A stretch of DNA of 63,124 bases from assembly GCA_038256565.1 (NCBI GenBank), contig JBBSKG010000001.1, forward strand, positions 1 to 63,124, read 5' to 3'. Under the pieces are notes generated by a model that did no database searches, had not been told where the DNA came from, and saw nothing but the letters and a program-made list of their open reading frames with translations. The DNA comes from Acidimicrobiales bacterium. Its GTDB lineage: Bacteria > Actinomycetota > Acidimicrobiia > Acidimicrobiales > CADCSY01. This document shows, piece by piece, positions 29,561 through 38,106 of this stretch; the stretch's first letter is position 1; the number at the start of each line of letters is the position of its first letter. A program made the translations under genes and the position numbers.

Positions 29561-30101
29561 CTTTAACCTCCAGATTTGAACCCTCCACAGCGAGAGTTTT
29601 TCTTAAGTGAGCACGTGCACGAGCAAGATGACGGCGAACTGACCCCTCGCCTATTCCCAAGTGCTCGGCAACCTGAGATGGCGTGAGATCGTCCCAATAG
29701 GTCAAAACAATTACGCCGCGCTGGCGGGCGCTGAGGCTGGTAACCGCCGTGCGAACGTCTGGGTCAAGATCGGGCAACTCAAAACGCTCTGACTTAGCCG
29801 CGCGTGATTCACGATCTATACGTAATGTCATACGCCTGCGCCACCGACAAGCCTCGTTGAAGACCGCTCGGTATAGATAGGCCCGTTGATTATCAACAAA
29901 GGGCCACTTTGGTGACGCAAGGACACGCACCATGGCCGCCGACAACACATCGGGGGCGTGCACACGACCGACCATTGACGTCGCAAAGCCCAGTAGTTCT
30001 GGAGCGAAAGCCTCGTAAGCATCTGAGCTGGTAAGAATCGCTGGACGTTTAACCAGTGGTTCACCACCCTCGAACTCTTGACGTTCCATTATTTGTTTCA
30101 T
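29553..30101 (-). CDS. ECF-type RNA polymerase sigma-70 family factor
   Basis: Region 2 (RAYLYRAVFNEA) and region 4 (LSARQRGVIVLTYWDDLTPSQVAEHLGIGEGSVRRHLARARAHLR). Confidence 0.8.
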   Translation of the reverse strand: MKQIMERQEFEGGEPLVKRPAILTSSDAYEAFAPELLGFATSMVGRVHAPDVLSAAMVRVLASPKWPFVDNQRAYLYRAVFNEACRWRRRMTLRIDRESRAAKSERFELPDLDPDVRTAVTSLSARQRGVIVLTYWDDLTPSQVAEHLGIGEGSVRRHLARARAHLRKTLAVEGSNLEVKDV

Positions 30102-30175
30102 CGCCGGTATAACCCACCAAACACGCCTAATGGGTGACAGGCAATAGAAAAAACTTAGGAGGAGAAGCCAGCCTC

Positions 30176-31123
30176 TTAGAAGTAGATGATGTGACGGGCG
30201 CGCTCGGTGACCTCGTCAATGTCGCCAGTCCACGCACCGGTAGACAGATACTTCCAACCACCATCACAAACAATCGTCACGATGACGCCCTCGTCAATGC
30301 GCTCGGCGCACTTCACGGCTGCGGCCATGATCGCCCCTGACGATATGCCCGAGAAAATACCTACCTCCGTGAGACGTCGAGTCCACTCAATCGACTCTCG
30401 AGGGCGCACAATCATCTTGTTGTCGAGCAAATCAAAACCGTGGTTATCAACAAACACAGGCGGAATGAAGCCCTCATCGAGATTCTTCAAACCATCGACC
30501 ATCTCGCCAGCCGGTGGTTCAACTGCCCAAATCTGAATCGCCGGGCTTTGCTCCTTTAAATATCGACCAACTCCCATAAGCGTGCCTGCGGTACCGAGGC
30601 CAGCAATGAAGTGTGTGATCTCCGGAACGTCGCGCCAGATCTCAGGACCAGTCCCCTCATAGTGCGCACGAGGGTTGGCCGGGTTTCCGTATTGATAGGG
30701 AAAGAACCAATCTGGGTGCTCGGCGGCTATCTCATGTGCTCGAACCATGGCCCCATTCGAGCCCTCGCTGCCAGGAGAAGAGATGATCTCGGCTCCCCAA
30801 ATTTCAAGCAATTGGCGACGCTCGATCGAGACGTTCTCAGGAAGCACAACCTTGAACGGATAGCCCCGCATCTTACAGATCATGGCCAGTGCAATGCCAG
30901 TGTTGCCCGACGAAGATTCGAGCACTGTTACCCCAGTGCCCAGGCGACCATCTTTCTCGGCTTCTTCAATCATGTACTTAGCGGCACGGTCTTTTACCGA
31001 ACCACCAGGGTTTTGGCCCTCCAGCTTGGCCAAAATACGTACACGGGGGTTCGGACTTAGCGAAGAGACTTCAACGATGGGCGTGTTGCCGATCAGATCA
31101 AGAATCGAGTCATACACAGCCAT
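30176..31123 (-). CDS. cysM: cysteine synthase, CysM-type (PLP-dependent; likely O-phosphoserine/CysO-thiocarboxylate dependent)
   Basis: NPGGSVKDR PLP-lysine motif and SSGNTG. Sits directly downstream of cysO and mec. Confidence 0.85.
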   Translation of the reverse strand: MAVYDSILDLIGNTPIVEVSSLSPNPRVRILAKLEGQNPGGSVKDRAAKYMIEEAEKDGRLGTGVTVLESSSGNTGIALAMICKMRGYPFKVVLPENVSIERRQLLEIWGAEIISSPGSEGSNGAMVRAHEIAAEHPDWFFPYQYGNPANPRAHYEGTGPEIWRDVPEITHFIAGLGTAGTLMGVGRYLKEQSPAIQIWAVEPPAGEMVDGLKNLDEGFIPPVFVDNHGFDLLDNKMIVRPRESIEWTRRLTEVGIFSGISSGAIMAAAVKCAERIDEGVIVTIVCDGGWKYLSTGAWTGDIDEVTERARHIIYF

Positions 31124-31146
31124 TAGAAGCCTCCTCTCTTATGTGT

Positions 31147-31428
31147 CTAAACCGCTCCGCCAGCAACCGCTGGCAAGATGGCAATCTGGTCGGTGTCGCT
31201 CACCTTGGTGTCGAGCTTGTCGAGATAACGAATGTCTTCATCGTTGACATAGAGGTTCACAAACTTGTGAATGCCGCCATCGGGTGACTTGAGATTGGCA
31301 GCAATGCCAGGAAACTGACGAATCAAATCTTCAACGACCTCGCCCACCGTCGAGCCAGTAGCCGTTACTTCAGAACTGCCACCAGCATGTGTGCGCATAA
31401 TGGTTGGAAGACGAACACTGACCGGCAC
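31147..31428 (-). CDS. cysO: MoaD/ThiS-family sulfur carrier protein CysO
   Basis: MPVSVRLPTIMRTHAGG...FVNLYVNDEDIRYL...ILPAVAGGAV. CysO-like throughout. The Gly-Gly is followed by two extra residues. Confidence 0.8.
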   Translation of the reverse strand: MPVSVRLPTIMRTHAGGSSEVTATGSTVGEVVEDLIRQFPGIAANLKSPDGGIHKFVNLYVNDEDIRYLDKLDTKVSDTDQIAILPAVAGGAV

Positions 31429-31490
31429 TTAAGACCTCCATGGCCTGCCCAGCCGCATGGCCGGGAAAGTTGACTGAACAAGTCATAATT

Positions 31491-31895
31491 CTACAGGTCC
31501 AGCGGCTCTATCGCTTCTTCGCTCACTACTCCGTCAACAATGCGAAATGAACGAACTGCTGGCTCGGGGTGGCGCAACGAAACAATCAAGTAGTGCCACT
31601 CGGGGTCGGGCACCTGGTTTACATCGGTTGGCGATGGATAAGCGTCGGTATGAGTATGGCTATGCATAACGCCAATTACCGCCAACCCTGCGTCATCAGC
31701 GGCTCGATCAATACGCAGGTGATCATGTGGGTCAAGGGTGTAAACCTTCGACGACTCAGCGGTGTTTTTACACGGATGGAAACTCATCACCCGTCCATCA
31801 AGATGACCAACTAGCAGTCCACATGCCTCGTTGGGCAACTCGACCATGCTGTGCGCAACCATTTCATGCCAGATGTCCCACGAGAGCTTTAACAC
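31491..31895 (-). CDS. mec: JAMM/MPN+ metalloprotease (Mec-like)
   Basis: EACGLL plus the JAMM motif HSHTHTDAYPSPTD. The ORF-track start would overlap smpB, so the start is trimmed to GTG 31895 (MLKLSWDIWHEMVAH...). Confidence 0.75.
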   Translation of the reverse strand: MLKLSWDIWHEMVAHSMVELPNEACGLLVGHLDGRVMSFHPCKNTAESSKVYTLDPHDHLRIDRAADDAGLAVIGVMHSHTHTDAYPSPTDVNQVPDPEWHYLIVSLRHPEPAVRSFRIVDGVVSEEAIEPLDL

Positions 31896-31953
31896 GAGGG
31901 TGAGACTACCCGCTGAGCACTGAGAGCATCCGCCCTCAGCTACCCTCGAAGCT

Positions 31954-32427
31954 ATGAGCGCGCGAGATGAGCAGGTGGTTGCCTCCAACAGAAAGGCGCG
32001 CCATGACTACGAGATCATCGACACCATTGAGTGCGGCATTGCCCTGCAAGGCAGCGAGGTGAAGTCATTGCGGGCAGCCAAGATGCAACTCAAAGACAGC
32101 TATGCATATATAAAGAACGGCGAGGTCTGGTTGCACGGTGCTCACATTGCTCCTTACAGCTTCAGCCACGGCCTCGATGGACACGACCCCGAGCGTGAAC
32201 GCAAGCTCTTATTGCACCACCACGAGATTGAAGACCTACGTCAACAAGTCGAACGCGGGCAACTGACCCTCGTGCCGCTCTCTGTGTATTTCAAAAAATC
32301 ACGAGCAAAGGTAGAACTTGCCTTGGCACGGGGGCGTAAGCGTCATGACAAACGCCAAGCCATAGGTGAACGAGATGCCAACCGTGACATCGCTCGGGCA
32401 ATGGCCGATGAACGTCGAGGGCGCTAA
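31954..32427 (+). CDS. smpB: SsrA-binding protein
   Basis: NRKARHDYEI...IALQGSEVKSLR...LLLHHHEI...G.TLVPL. Lies immediately upstream of tmRNA. Confidence 0.9.
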   Translation: MSARDEQVVASNRKARHDYEIIDTIECGIALQGSEVKSLRAAKMQLKDSYAYIKNGEVWLHGAHIAPYSFSHGLDGHDPERERKLLLHHHEIEDLRQQVERGQLTLVPLSVYFKKSRAKVELALARGRKRHDKRQAIGERDANRDIARAMADERRGR

Positions 32428-32516
32428 AAATCCCAGCCCCTAGACAAGAAGCCCTAAACAAACCGGTACCATGGAGGGTTCATCGGCTTTTGCAGCGATG
32501 AAATGTACCTTGACAT

Positions 32517-32867
32517 GGGGGTGATCGGTTTCGACTCTGGTTGTCGAGACGAGTGAAGCGAGCCGTGGTCTCCGGATCCACGTTAAAGAGTCGGAAAAAA
32601 ACAAACAAATGCCGACGACAACGTCGCACTCGCTGCCTAAACAGTAGCGACGTTCTCCTGTTCCCAGCCCTGCGGAGCAGATGAGAACGCCATCTAGCGG
32701 GGCTTACCTACACGGCTACGCCAACCGGCTGAGTAGGGAAATTTTCGTTGGTAACGGCGGTCGTGCAGTGCCGATGGTGAGCGACCGCCGTACCTTCCAT
32801 CGGCTGCGCTCGGAGAAGAATCGTCAAAGCGCTCGAGGACGCGGGTTCGATTCCCGCCACCTCCACC
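32517..32867 (+). ncRNA. ssrA: transfer-messenger RNA
   Basis: 5' GGGGGTGATCGGTTTCGAC and 3' GGACGCGGGTTCGATTCCCGCCACCTCCACC. Acceptor stem has G3:U. Tag reading frame is 32611-32640, GCC GAC GAC AAC GTC GCA CTC GCT GCC TAA = ADDNVALAA*. Confidence 0.9.
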
Positions 32868-32874
32868 TTTTACC

Positions 32875-32909
32875 AAAATCCCAACTCTTATCGTGGGATT
32901 TTTATTTTT
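32875..32909. terminator. bidirectional intrinsic terminator between ssrA and rhuM-like gene
   Basis: AAAATCCCA-10 nt loop-TGGGATTTT followed by TATTTTT on plus. An A-run precedes it, which gives a U-run for the minus strand. Confidence 0.6.
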
Positions 32910-32945
32910 GCCCTGTTGCTCCTGCAATCAAGTCATCAAACCGGC

Positions 32946-33947
32946 TCATGGCTTTTTCGTTCCTTCAATCTTGCGTTGCAGCGTTTTCACGGTTTCCAGG
33001 TAAGCCGCTTCCACCTCGGAGGGCACAGCTGCAAGCTGGGCGCGGTATTTTGTATACTCGGCTTGCGCTTTGGTAATGGCCTGCTGGTGGCTGACGCTGC
33101 CGAAATCGTCCAGCGTTTTGGCTTCCATCGCCACGATCAGCCGGTCTAAATGCGCTAGCCAGTCCTTCATGTAAGTCGGTTCATGATTCTGCGCGCGAAA
33201 TTCAGCGGCTTCGAAATAGGCCGAGACCAGCGTGTTCAGGCGTTTTAACTCACCCGCATTCAGGTAATTTTTCGCGACGGTGATGTCGGTTTTAGTCGGC
33301 TGTTCACCGCTGAATGACAGCAGGCCCATGAAGGGTTTCCCTGCATCGGCACGGGTGGCGATGATTTCGGCGGCTGTATGGCCATGCGCAGCGTAGTGCA
33401 GCTTGTTTTGCACGGTTTTGAAGAAAGTGGTGCTTTCCTCGCTTTTGGGGTGGTAATCCACGCTGGTGGCATATAGGTCCAGCACTTGTCGATAGAGCAC
33501 TTTTTCGCTTGAGCGAATGTCGCGGATACGCTCGAGCAGTTCTTTCCAGTAATTGCCGCCGCCGAGGTTTTTCAGGCGGGTATCGTCCATGGTGAAGCCC
33601 TTGATCAGATATTCTCGCAGGCGCTCGGTAGCCCATATGCGGAACTGGGTGCCACTCTGCGATTTGACGCGATAACCAACCGAGATGATCACATCCAGTC
33701 CGTAAAACTTAACTGGTTTGTCGGAACGAGCAATGTGCAAATTTTGCACATTGCTCTCTTCCTGTAATTCACCCTCTGCAAACACATTGCCAATGTGCTT
33801 GGTAATGACAGAACGTTCACGCTCAAACAACCGAGCTATTTGTTCCTGTGTCAACCACACCATTCCACCTTCTAGTCGCACTTCAAGCGCAGGAACACCA
33901 TCGTTGCTTTGGTACAGGATGATCTCGCCGGAAGGCAGTTCGCTCAT
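32946..33947 (-). CDS. RhuM/DinD-like family protein
   Basis: IILYQSNDG...LEVRLEGGMVWLTQEQIARLFERERSVITKHI...VISVGYRVKS..GTQFRIWATERLREYL is characteristic of the Virulence_RhuM family. 4-nt overlap with fic. Confidence 0.8.
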   Translation of the reverse strand: MSELPSGEIILYQSNDGVPALEVRLEGGMVWLTQEQIARLFERERSVITKHIGNVFAEGELQEESNVQNLHIARSDKPVKFYGLDVIISVGYRVKSQSGTQFRIWATERLREYLIKGFTMDDTRLKNLGGGNYWKELLERIRDIRSSEKVLYRQVLDLYATSVDYHPKSEESTTFFKTVQNKLHYAAHGHTAAEIIATRADAGKPFMGLLSFSGEQPTKTDITVAKNYLNAGELKRLNTLVSAYFEAAEFRAQNHEPTYMKDWLAHLDRLIVAMEAKTLDDFGSVSHQQAITKAQAEYTKYRAQLAAVPSEVEAAYLETVKTLQRKIEGTKKP

Positions 33948-35092
33948 GCAGTTTCCCCTTCCATATCAGCCACGATGACATCGTTTAGCTCATAGCTGGT
34001 ACTGCGCCCGCCTGCCTTCGATTTCCACAACACTCCATGTGTCACCAACTCGCTGATGTCGCGCAGCGCCGTGTCGGGTGAACACTTGGCGATAACTGCC
34101 CACTTGCTACTAGTGAGCTTCCCTTCAAAACCGTCTAGCAACAGGTTGAGTAATTTTACCTGTCGCTCGTTCATCGGCATTGCAGCCCAGAGCTGCCACA
34201 ACCTGGCCTTAATCAGGACAGCATCGAATGTGTCGTGTGCCTGATCAATAGCGCTGTGCAAAGTATTGAGAAACCAAATCAGCCATTCGGTGACATCAAC
34301 CGATCGCTTTTGAACGCTCTCCAAGATTTCGTAATAGGCCTTGCGTTCACGCTGTATCTGTGCGGAAAGGCTGTAGAAACGCTGAGGGCCGCCATCTAAA
34401 CGAGCTAAAAATAGGTCTCCAACTGCGCGAGCAATACGGCCGTTTCCATCGTCGAACGGGTGCAGGGTGACGAACCACAGATGGGCCAGCCCTGCCTTGA
34501 TAATTACCGATTCGTTCGACGAGCTGTTAGCCCATTCAAAAAAACGATCCGTCTCAGGCCCAAGCCGATCTGCTGGCGGTGCTTCAAAATGCACACGCTG
34601 GCGACCAAGCGGGCCTGACACCACCTGCATCGGTCCGCTGGCATCGTCACGCCAAGCACCGACTTTGATTCGGGCAAGGTCAGAATATCCACTGGGAAAG
34701 AGTGCTGCATGCCAAGCGAACAGCCGATCTCGCGTAACCGGCGCGTTGCAATTTGTCGTAGCGTCGAGGACCATTTCAACCACACCTTCTACGTGACGGT
34801 CCACCGGAGCTAGTGCACCAATGTCGACCCCCAGACGGCGGGCAATAGACGAGCGCACAGACTCGACATTGAGTTGTTCGCCTTCAATTTCACTGGTCTT
34901 GATGACATCATCTGTGAGTGACGACAGGCTGGCCTGGTCACGCAAACCCATGCCAACATCTGCCAAACGCCCCATCAGCAATCCTTGTGCACGACTGACA
35001 TCGGCCAATGGCTGTACCAATAGCCCAAGGTCGTAGTGCCAGTTCGGCCAATCACCGCTCTGCCAAATATAGGCATATTCACCGCTATCCAT
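33944..35092 (-). CDS. Fic family protein (class II, N-terminal inhibitory helix)
   Basis: Canonical Fic motif HPFDDGNGRIAR. Upstream (S/T)xxxE(G/N) motif TSEIEG. DUF4172-like N-terminus and a C-terminal winged-helix-like tail. Confidence 0.85.
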   Translation of the reverse strand: MDSGEYAYIWQSGDWPNWHYDLGLLVQPLADVSRAQGLLMGRLADVGMGLRDQASLSSLTDDVIKTSEIEGEQLNVESVRSSIARRLGVDIGALAPVDRHVEGVVEMVLDATTNCNAPVTRDRLFAWHAALFPSGYSDLARIKVGAWRDDASGPMQVVSGPLGRQRVHFEAPPADRLGPETDRFFEWANSSSNESVIIKAGLAHLWFVTLHPFDDGNGRIARAVGDLFLARLDGGPQRFYSLSAQIQRERKAYYEILESVQKRSVDVTEWLIWFLNTLHSAIDQAHDTFDAVLIKARLWQLWAAMPMNERQVKLLNLLLDGFEGKLTSSKWAVIAKCSPDTALRDISELVTHGVLWKSKAGGRSTSYELNDVIVADMEGETA

Positions 35093-35098
35093 GCGGAG

Positions 35099-35138
35099 AT
35101 TATACTCTTATTCTCCGCAAATAGTACGGAGAATAAGA
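35099..35138 (-). promoter_or_regulatory. perfect TATAAT -10 box 6 nt upstream of the fic ATG (leaderless-type) overlapped by a 12-bp inverted repeat
   Basis: The minus strand reads CTTCTTATTCTCCG-tactatttg-CGGAGAATAAGAG-TATAAT-ctccgc-ATG. The IR arms are at 35106-35117 and 35127-35138. Confidence 0.35.
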
Positions 35139-35181
35139 AGGTATTCACCGCACATTGCCGACATTTACAGGAAAATCACTC

Positions 35182-36444
35182 CTATAGGTAGCGCATGGGG
35201 TCGACAGGGGCACCGTTGACCCGGACTTCAAAGTGAAGATGAGGGCCTGTCGAAAAACCCGTAGAGCCTACGTAACCAATAATTTGGCCACGCCTCACAG
35301 TGTCTCCGACTGAAACCGCCATCGAAGATTGATGCGCATAAAGCGTCGACAGGGAGCCTCCGTGATCGATGACCACGGTCTTGCCATAACCACCACGCTC
35401 TCCGGCTGCCACCACTACCCCTTCGGAGCCAGCAAAGATTGAGGTGCCCATAGTGGCTCCGAAATCGAGTCCGTTGTGCATGCGCTCGGTTCCATAAATC
35501 GGATGAATCCGCGGACCAAACTCTGATGTAACTCGCACCGTACTCAATGGCCAACCAAGCAGGCCGTTTCCAGGCTGGGCGACAACTTGTCCAGCTTGGC
35601 GGCGACGCAACAGTTCGCCAATAGCATCGGACTCTCGTTTGAGACTAGCCATCCTCGTCTCAAAAGCGCTCTGACGGTCTCGAAGGACACCGATAAGGCG
35701 GCGCTCTTCTTCAATCTCACCGGCAGCTGCACGAGTGGCCCGAGCCTGTTCGTTGCGCACCGACTCGATCGCGTTCTTCTTACCTGCTACGTCATCACGT
35801 AAAGCCCGAGCGGCATCTCTCTGCAACTCCTCAGCCTCTTCGGCCTTTTGGGCCTGATCACGCAAGCGTCGGTAATTATCAATCACCTTGTCTTGTTCCT
35901 CGGCAATAACATCGAGGAACGCGGAAACTTCGTGGAGCTCTTGCCAGCTTGAACTCTCTGCAAAACGCTGGAGCTGTTGGTTGGAGTCTGTCCCGTAGTG
36001 AATAAACGCACTAACTGCTTGGTCCTCAAGAACTGATTTGGCCTGGAGCATCCGCGACTTCATCTGGGCGGTAAGTCGAGCTGTCGCTTGATAACGAGCA
36101 TCAACCTCATCGAAAGCTGCCTGAGCAAGATCCAAATCAACACGAGCGGCCAGCACTCGAGAATCAAGCGCTGCCATGACAACATCGAGCTTTTGTTTGC
36201 GAGCGGTCGCAACTCTTAGCTCTGCAAGCAGCTGGGCCTCTTCTGCATCAGCTTCATGAAGTTGGCGTTGCAGCATTTCGAGTTCTCGCTCAACCTCCAA
36301 CCGACGTTCATCTTGATCTTTAGAAGATGGAGTAGCGGCGGTCGCAGTAATAAGCGGCAACATGACAAATAGCGCCATCACCGTGGCGCCAAAAACTAGA
36401 GCTGCTCGACGCAACCCACGCGCGCCAGAACCCACACAAAACAT
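35182..36444 (-). CDS. coiled-coil M23 family metallopeptidase (EnvC-like, catalytic residues intact)
   Basis: Signal/TM segment, about 250 aa of coiled coil, then an M23 domain with HNGLD (HxxxD) and HLH (HxH). Directly downstream of ftsEX. Confidence 0.8.
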   Translation of the reverse strand: MFCVGSGARGLRRAALVFGATVMALFVMLPLITATAATPSSKDQDERRLEVERELEMLQRQLHEADAEEAQLLAELRVATARKQKLDVVMAALDSRVLAARVDLDLAQAAFDEVDARYQATARLTAQMKSRMLQAKSVLEDQAVSAFIHYGTDSNQQLQRFAESSSWQELHEVSAFLDVIAEEQDKVIDNYRRLRDQAQKAEEAEELQRDAARALRDDVAGKKNAIESVRNEQARATRAAAGEIEEERRLIGVLRDRQSAFETRMASLKRESDAIGELLRRRQAGQVVAQPGNGLLGWPLSTVRVTSEFGPRIHPIYGTERMHNGLDFGATMGTSIFAGSEGVVVAAGERGGYGKTVVIDHGGSLSTLYAHQSSMAVSVGDTVRRGQIIGYVGSTGFSTGPHLHFEVRVNGAPVDPMRYL

Positions 36445-36491
36445 GGTGCTCCAGTCGGCACAACCTACCTAAGTGTTAAAGGAGCACCGGT

Positions 36492-37379
36492 TTAGATATC
36501 TAGGAACTTGCTGGCGGCTACGCCTGCGCCTACGGCACCTAGCAGGGAGCCGATTAAGACCATGAACAGGCCAGTGCTGAACACTTGCGAATCAAAAATG
36601 GCGAACTGCTCAAACAGACGGGCATCGCGAATGAAACGCTGTGCTGGCTCTTGTGCAATAAACAAAACAGCAAATGCGCTGAGCGTTCCGGCGAGTCCCT
36701 GGAAAAGACCCTCCAACATGAAAGGCACGCGAATGAACCAGTTCGTGGCCCCTACCAACTTCATGACCTCTATCTCTCGACGTCGGGCAAAGATCGCCAT
36801 ACGGATGGTGTTAAAGATCAACAACGAGGCCGACATCAACAAAACCAAAGCCAGGCCGAGAATGACTGCCTGAATCACTCGCGAAACCTTAAGCAAATCG
36901 CGCACAGCCTCTTCGGCAAAAACGACCTCTCGCACACCTGGTTCCTTACTAAAACGAGCACCAATGGTCTTGATGATGTCGGGGTCTGCTTCTCTCGGCA
37001 CAACACGATAAGAAGGCGGAAGCTTATCTGACGTCACGTTTTCTAGGTACTCAGGCTGATCGGCGAAGTAGAGCTTGAATTGTTTGTACTGCTCCTCTTG
37101 GGAGATGTACACCACCCGCTTTACGTCCTTGCTGCTCTGCAATTCATTACCAATTCGCTCAGACTGATCTGCGGAGGCATCGCTATTAAGAAACACCTCA
37201 AACTCGACACCATTTTGCCAACGATCGGTGACGTTATTGACGCCATAGCGCAATAGGACCGCTCCACCGACCAGCGACAGAGACACCGCTACGGTCAAAA
37301 CCGAAGCCAAGGTAAGAGAGAGATTCCGACGGACATTTTGTGCCGTCTCACGAACGCTATAACCGAATTTGGTACTCAT
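36492..37379 (-). CDS. ftsX: cell division ABC transporter permease FtsX
   Basis: 295 aa with 4 TM helices and a large extracytoplasmic loop. 2-nt gap after ftsE. Confidence 0.85.
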   Translation of the reverse strand: MSTKFGYSVRETAQNVRRNLSLTLASVLTVAVSLSLVGGAVLLRYGVNNVTDRWQNGVEFEVFLNSDASADQSERIGNELQSSKDVKRVVYISQEEQYKQFKLYFADQPEYLENVTSDKLPPSYRVVPREADPDIIKTIGARFSKEPGVREVVFAEEAVRDLLKVSRVIQAVILGLALVLLMSASLLIFNTIRMAIFARRREIEVMKLVGATNWFIRVPFMLEGLFQGLAGTLSAFAVLFIAQEPAQRFIRDARLFEQFAIFDSQVFSTGLFMVLIGSLLGAVGAGVAASKFLDI

Positions 37380-37381
37380 GA

Positions 37382-38059
37382 TCAGGAGTAAACCCCTCGG
37401 TCTTGGTCACGCACAATTGACCCATGAGCCAGTTCGATAACACGACGCCGCATTGCATCGACAATGCCTTGGTCATGAGTGGCCATTACCACGGTTGTCC
37501 CGGTGCGATTGATACGGTCGAGTAAACGCATAATTCCATCAGAGGTAGCAGGGTCAAGGTTTCCTGTTGGCTCATCAGCTAGAAGAATCAAGGGCCTGTT
37601 AACGAATGCCCGAGCGATCGACACACGTTGTTGTTCGCCACCAGACAATTCGTGAGGAAAACGCTCACTCTTCTCTGCCAAACCGACCAAATCTAGAATC
37701 GCAGGCACCTGCGATTGCACAACATGACGAGGACGATTGATGACCTCTAAAGCAAATGCAACGTTCTCGTAAACGGTCTTCGTTGGTAACAGCTTGAAGT
37801 CTTGAAAAACGCAGCCGATGTTACGCCGCAGGAATGGCACCTTCCACTTGCTTAGGTGCGCAATGTCTTTGCCAGCAACCCAGATTCGTCCAATATCGGG
37901 CGACTCTGACTTGTTTAACAAACGAATGAAAGTCGATTTTCCAGACCCCGAAGGTCCAACCAAAAAGAGAAACTCGCCTTTTTGTATGTCGACCGACGCG
38001 TCACGAAGAGCGACGACCTCTTTACTGTATTTCTTAGTAACATTCTCGAGCTTGATCAC
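37382..38059 (-). CDS. ftsE: cell division ATP-binding protein FtsE
   Basis: [34 protein letters not shown]. Confidence 0.9.
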   Translation of the reverse strand: MIKLENVTKKYSKEVVALRDASVDIQKGEFLFLVGPSGSGKSTFIRLLNKSESPDIGRIWVAGKDIAHLSKWKVPFLRRNIGCVFQDFKLLPTKTVYENVAFALEVINRPRHVVQSQVPAILDLVGLAEKSERFPHELSGGEQQRVSIARAFVNRPLILLADEPTGNLDPATSDGIMRLLDRINRTGTTVVMATHDQGIVDAMRRRVIELAHGSIVRDQDRGVYS

Positions 38060-38106
38060 CAGGATCCATTCCCTGAGACAATGGGGGGTTGGATCATATT
38101 AACCCG

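Noticed and set aside
32868-35181. attL/attR direct repeat of the ssrA 3' end bounding the Fic-RhuM islet, and an integrase gene
   Set aside because: No second copy of TTCGATTCCCGCCACCTCCACC or a recognisable part of it is visible near 35.1 kb. No integrase or recombinase ORF is present. The islet boundary is therefore inferred only from gene content.
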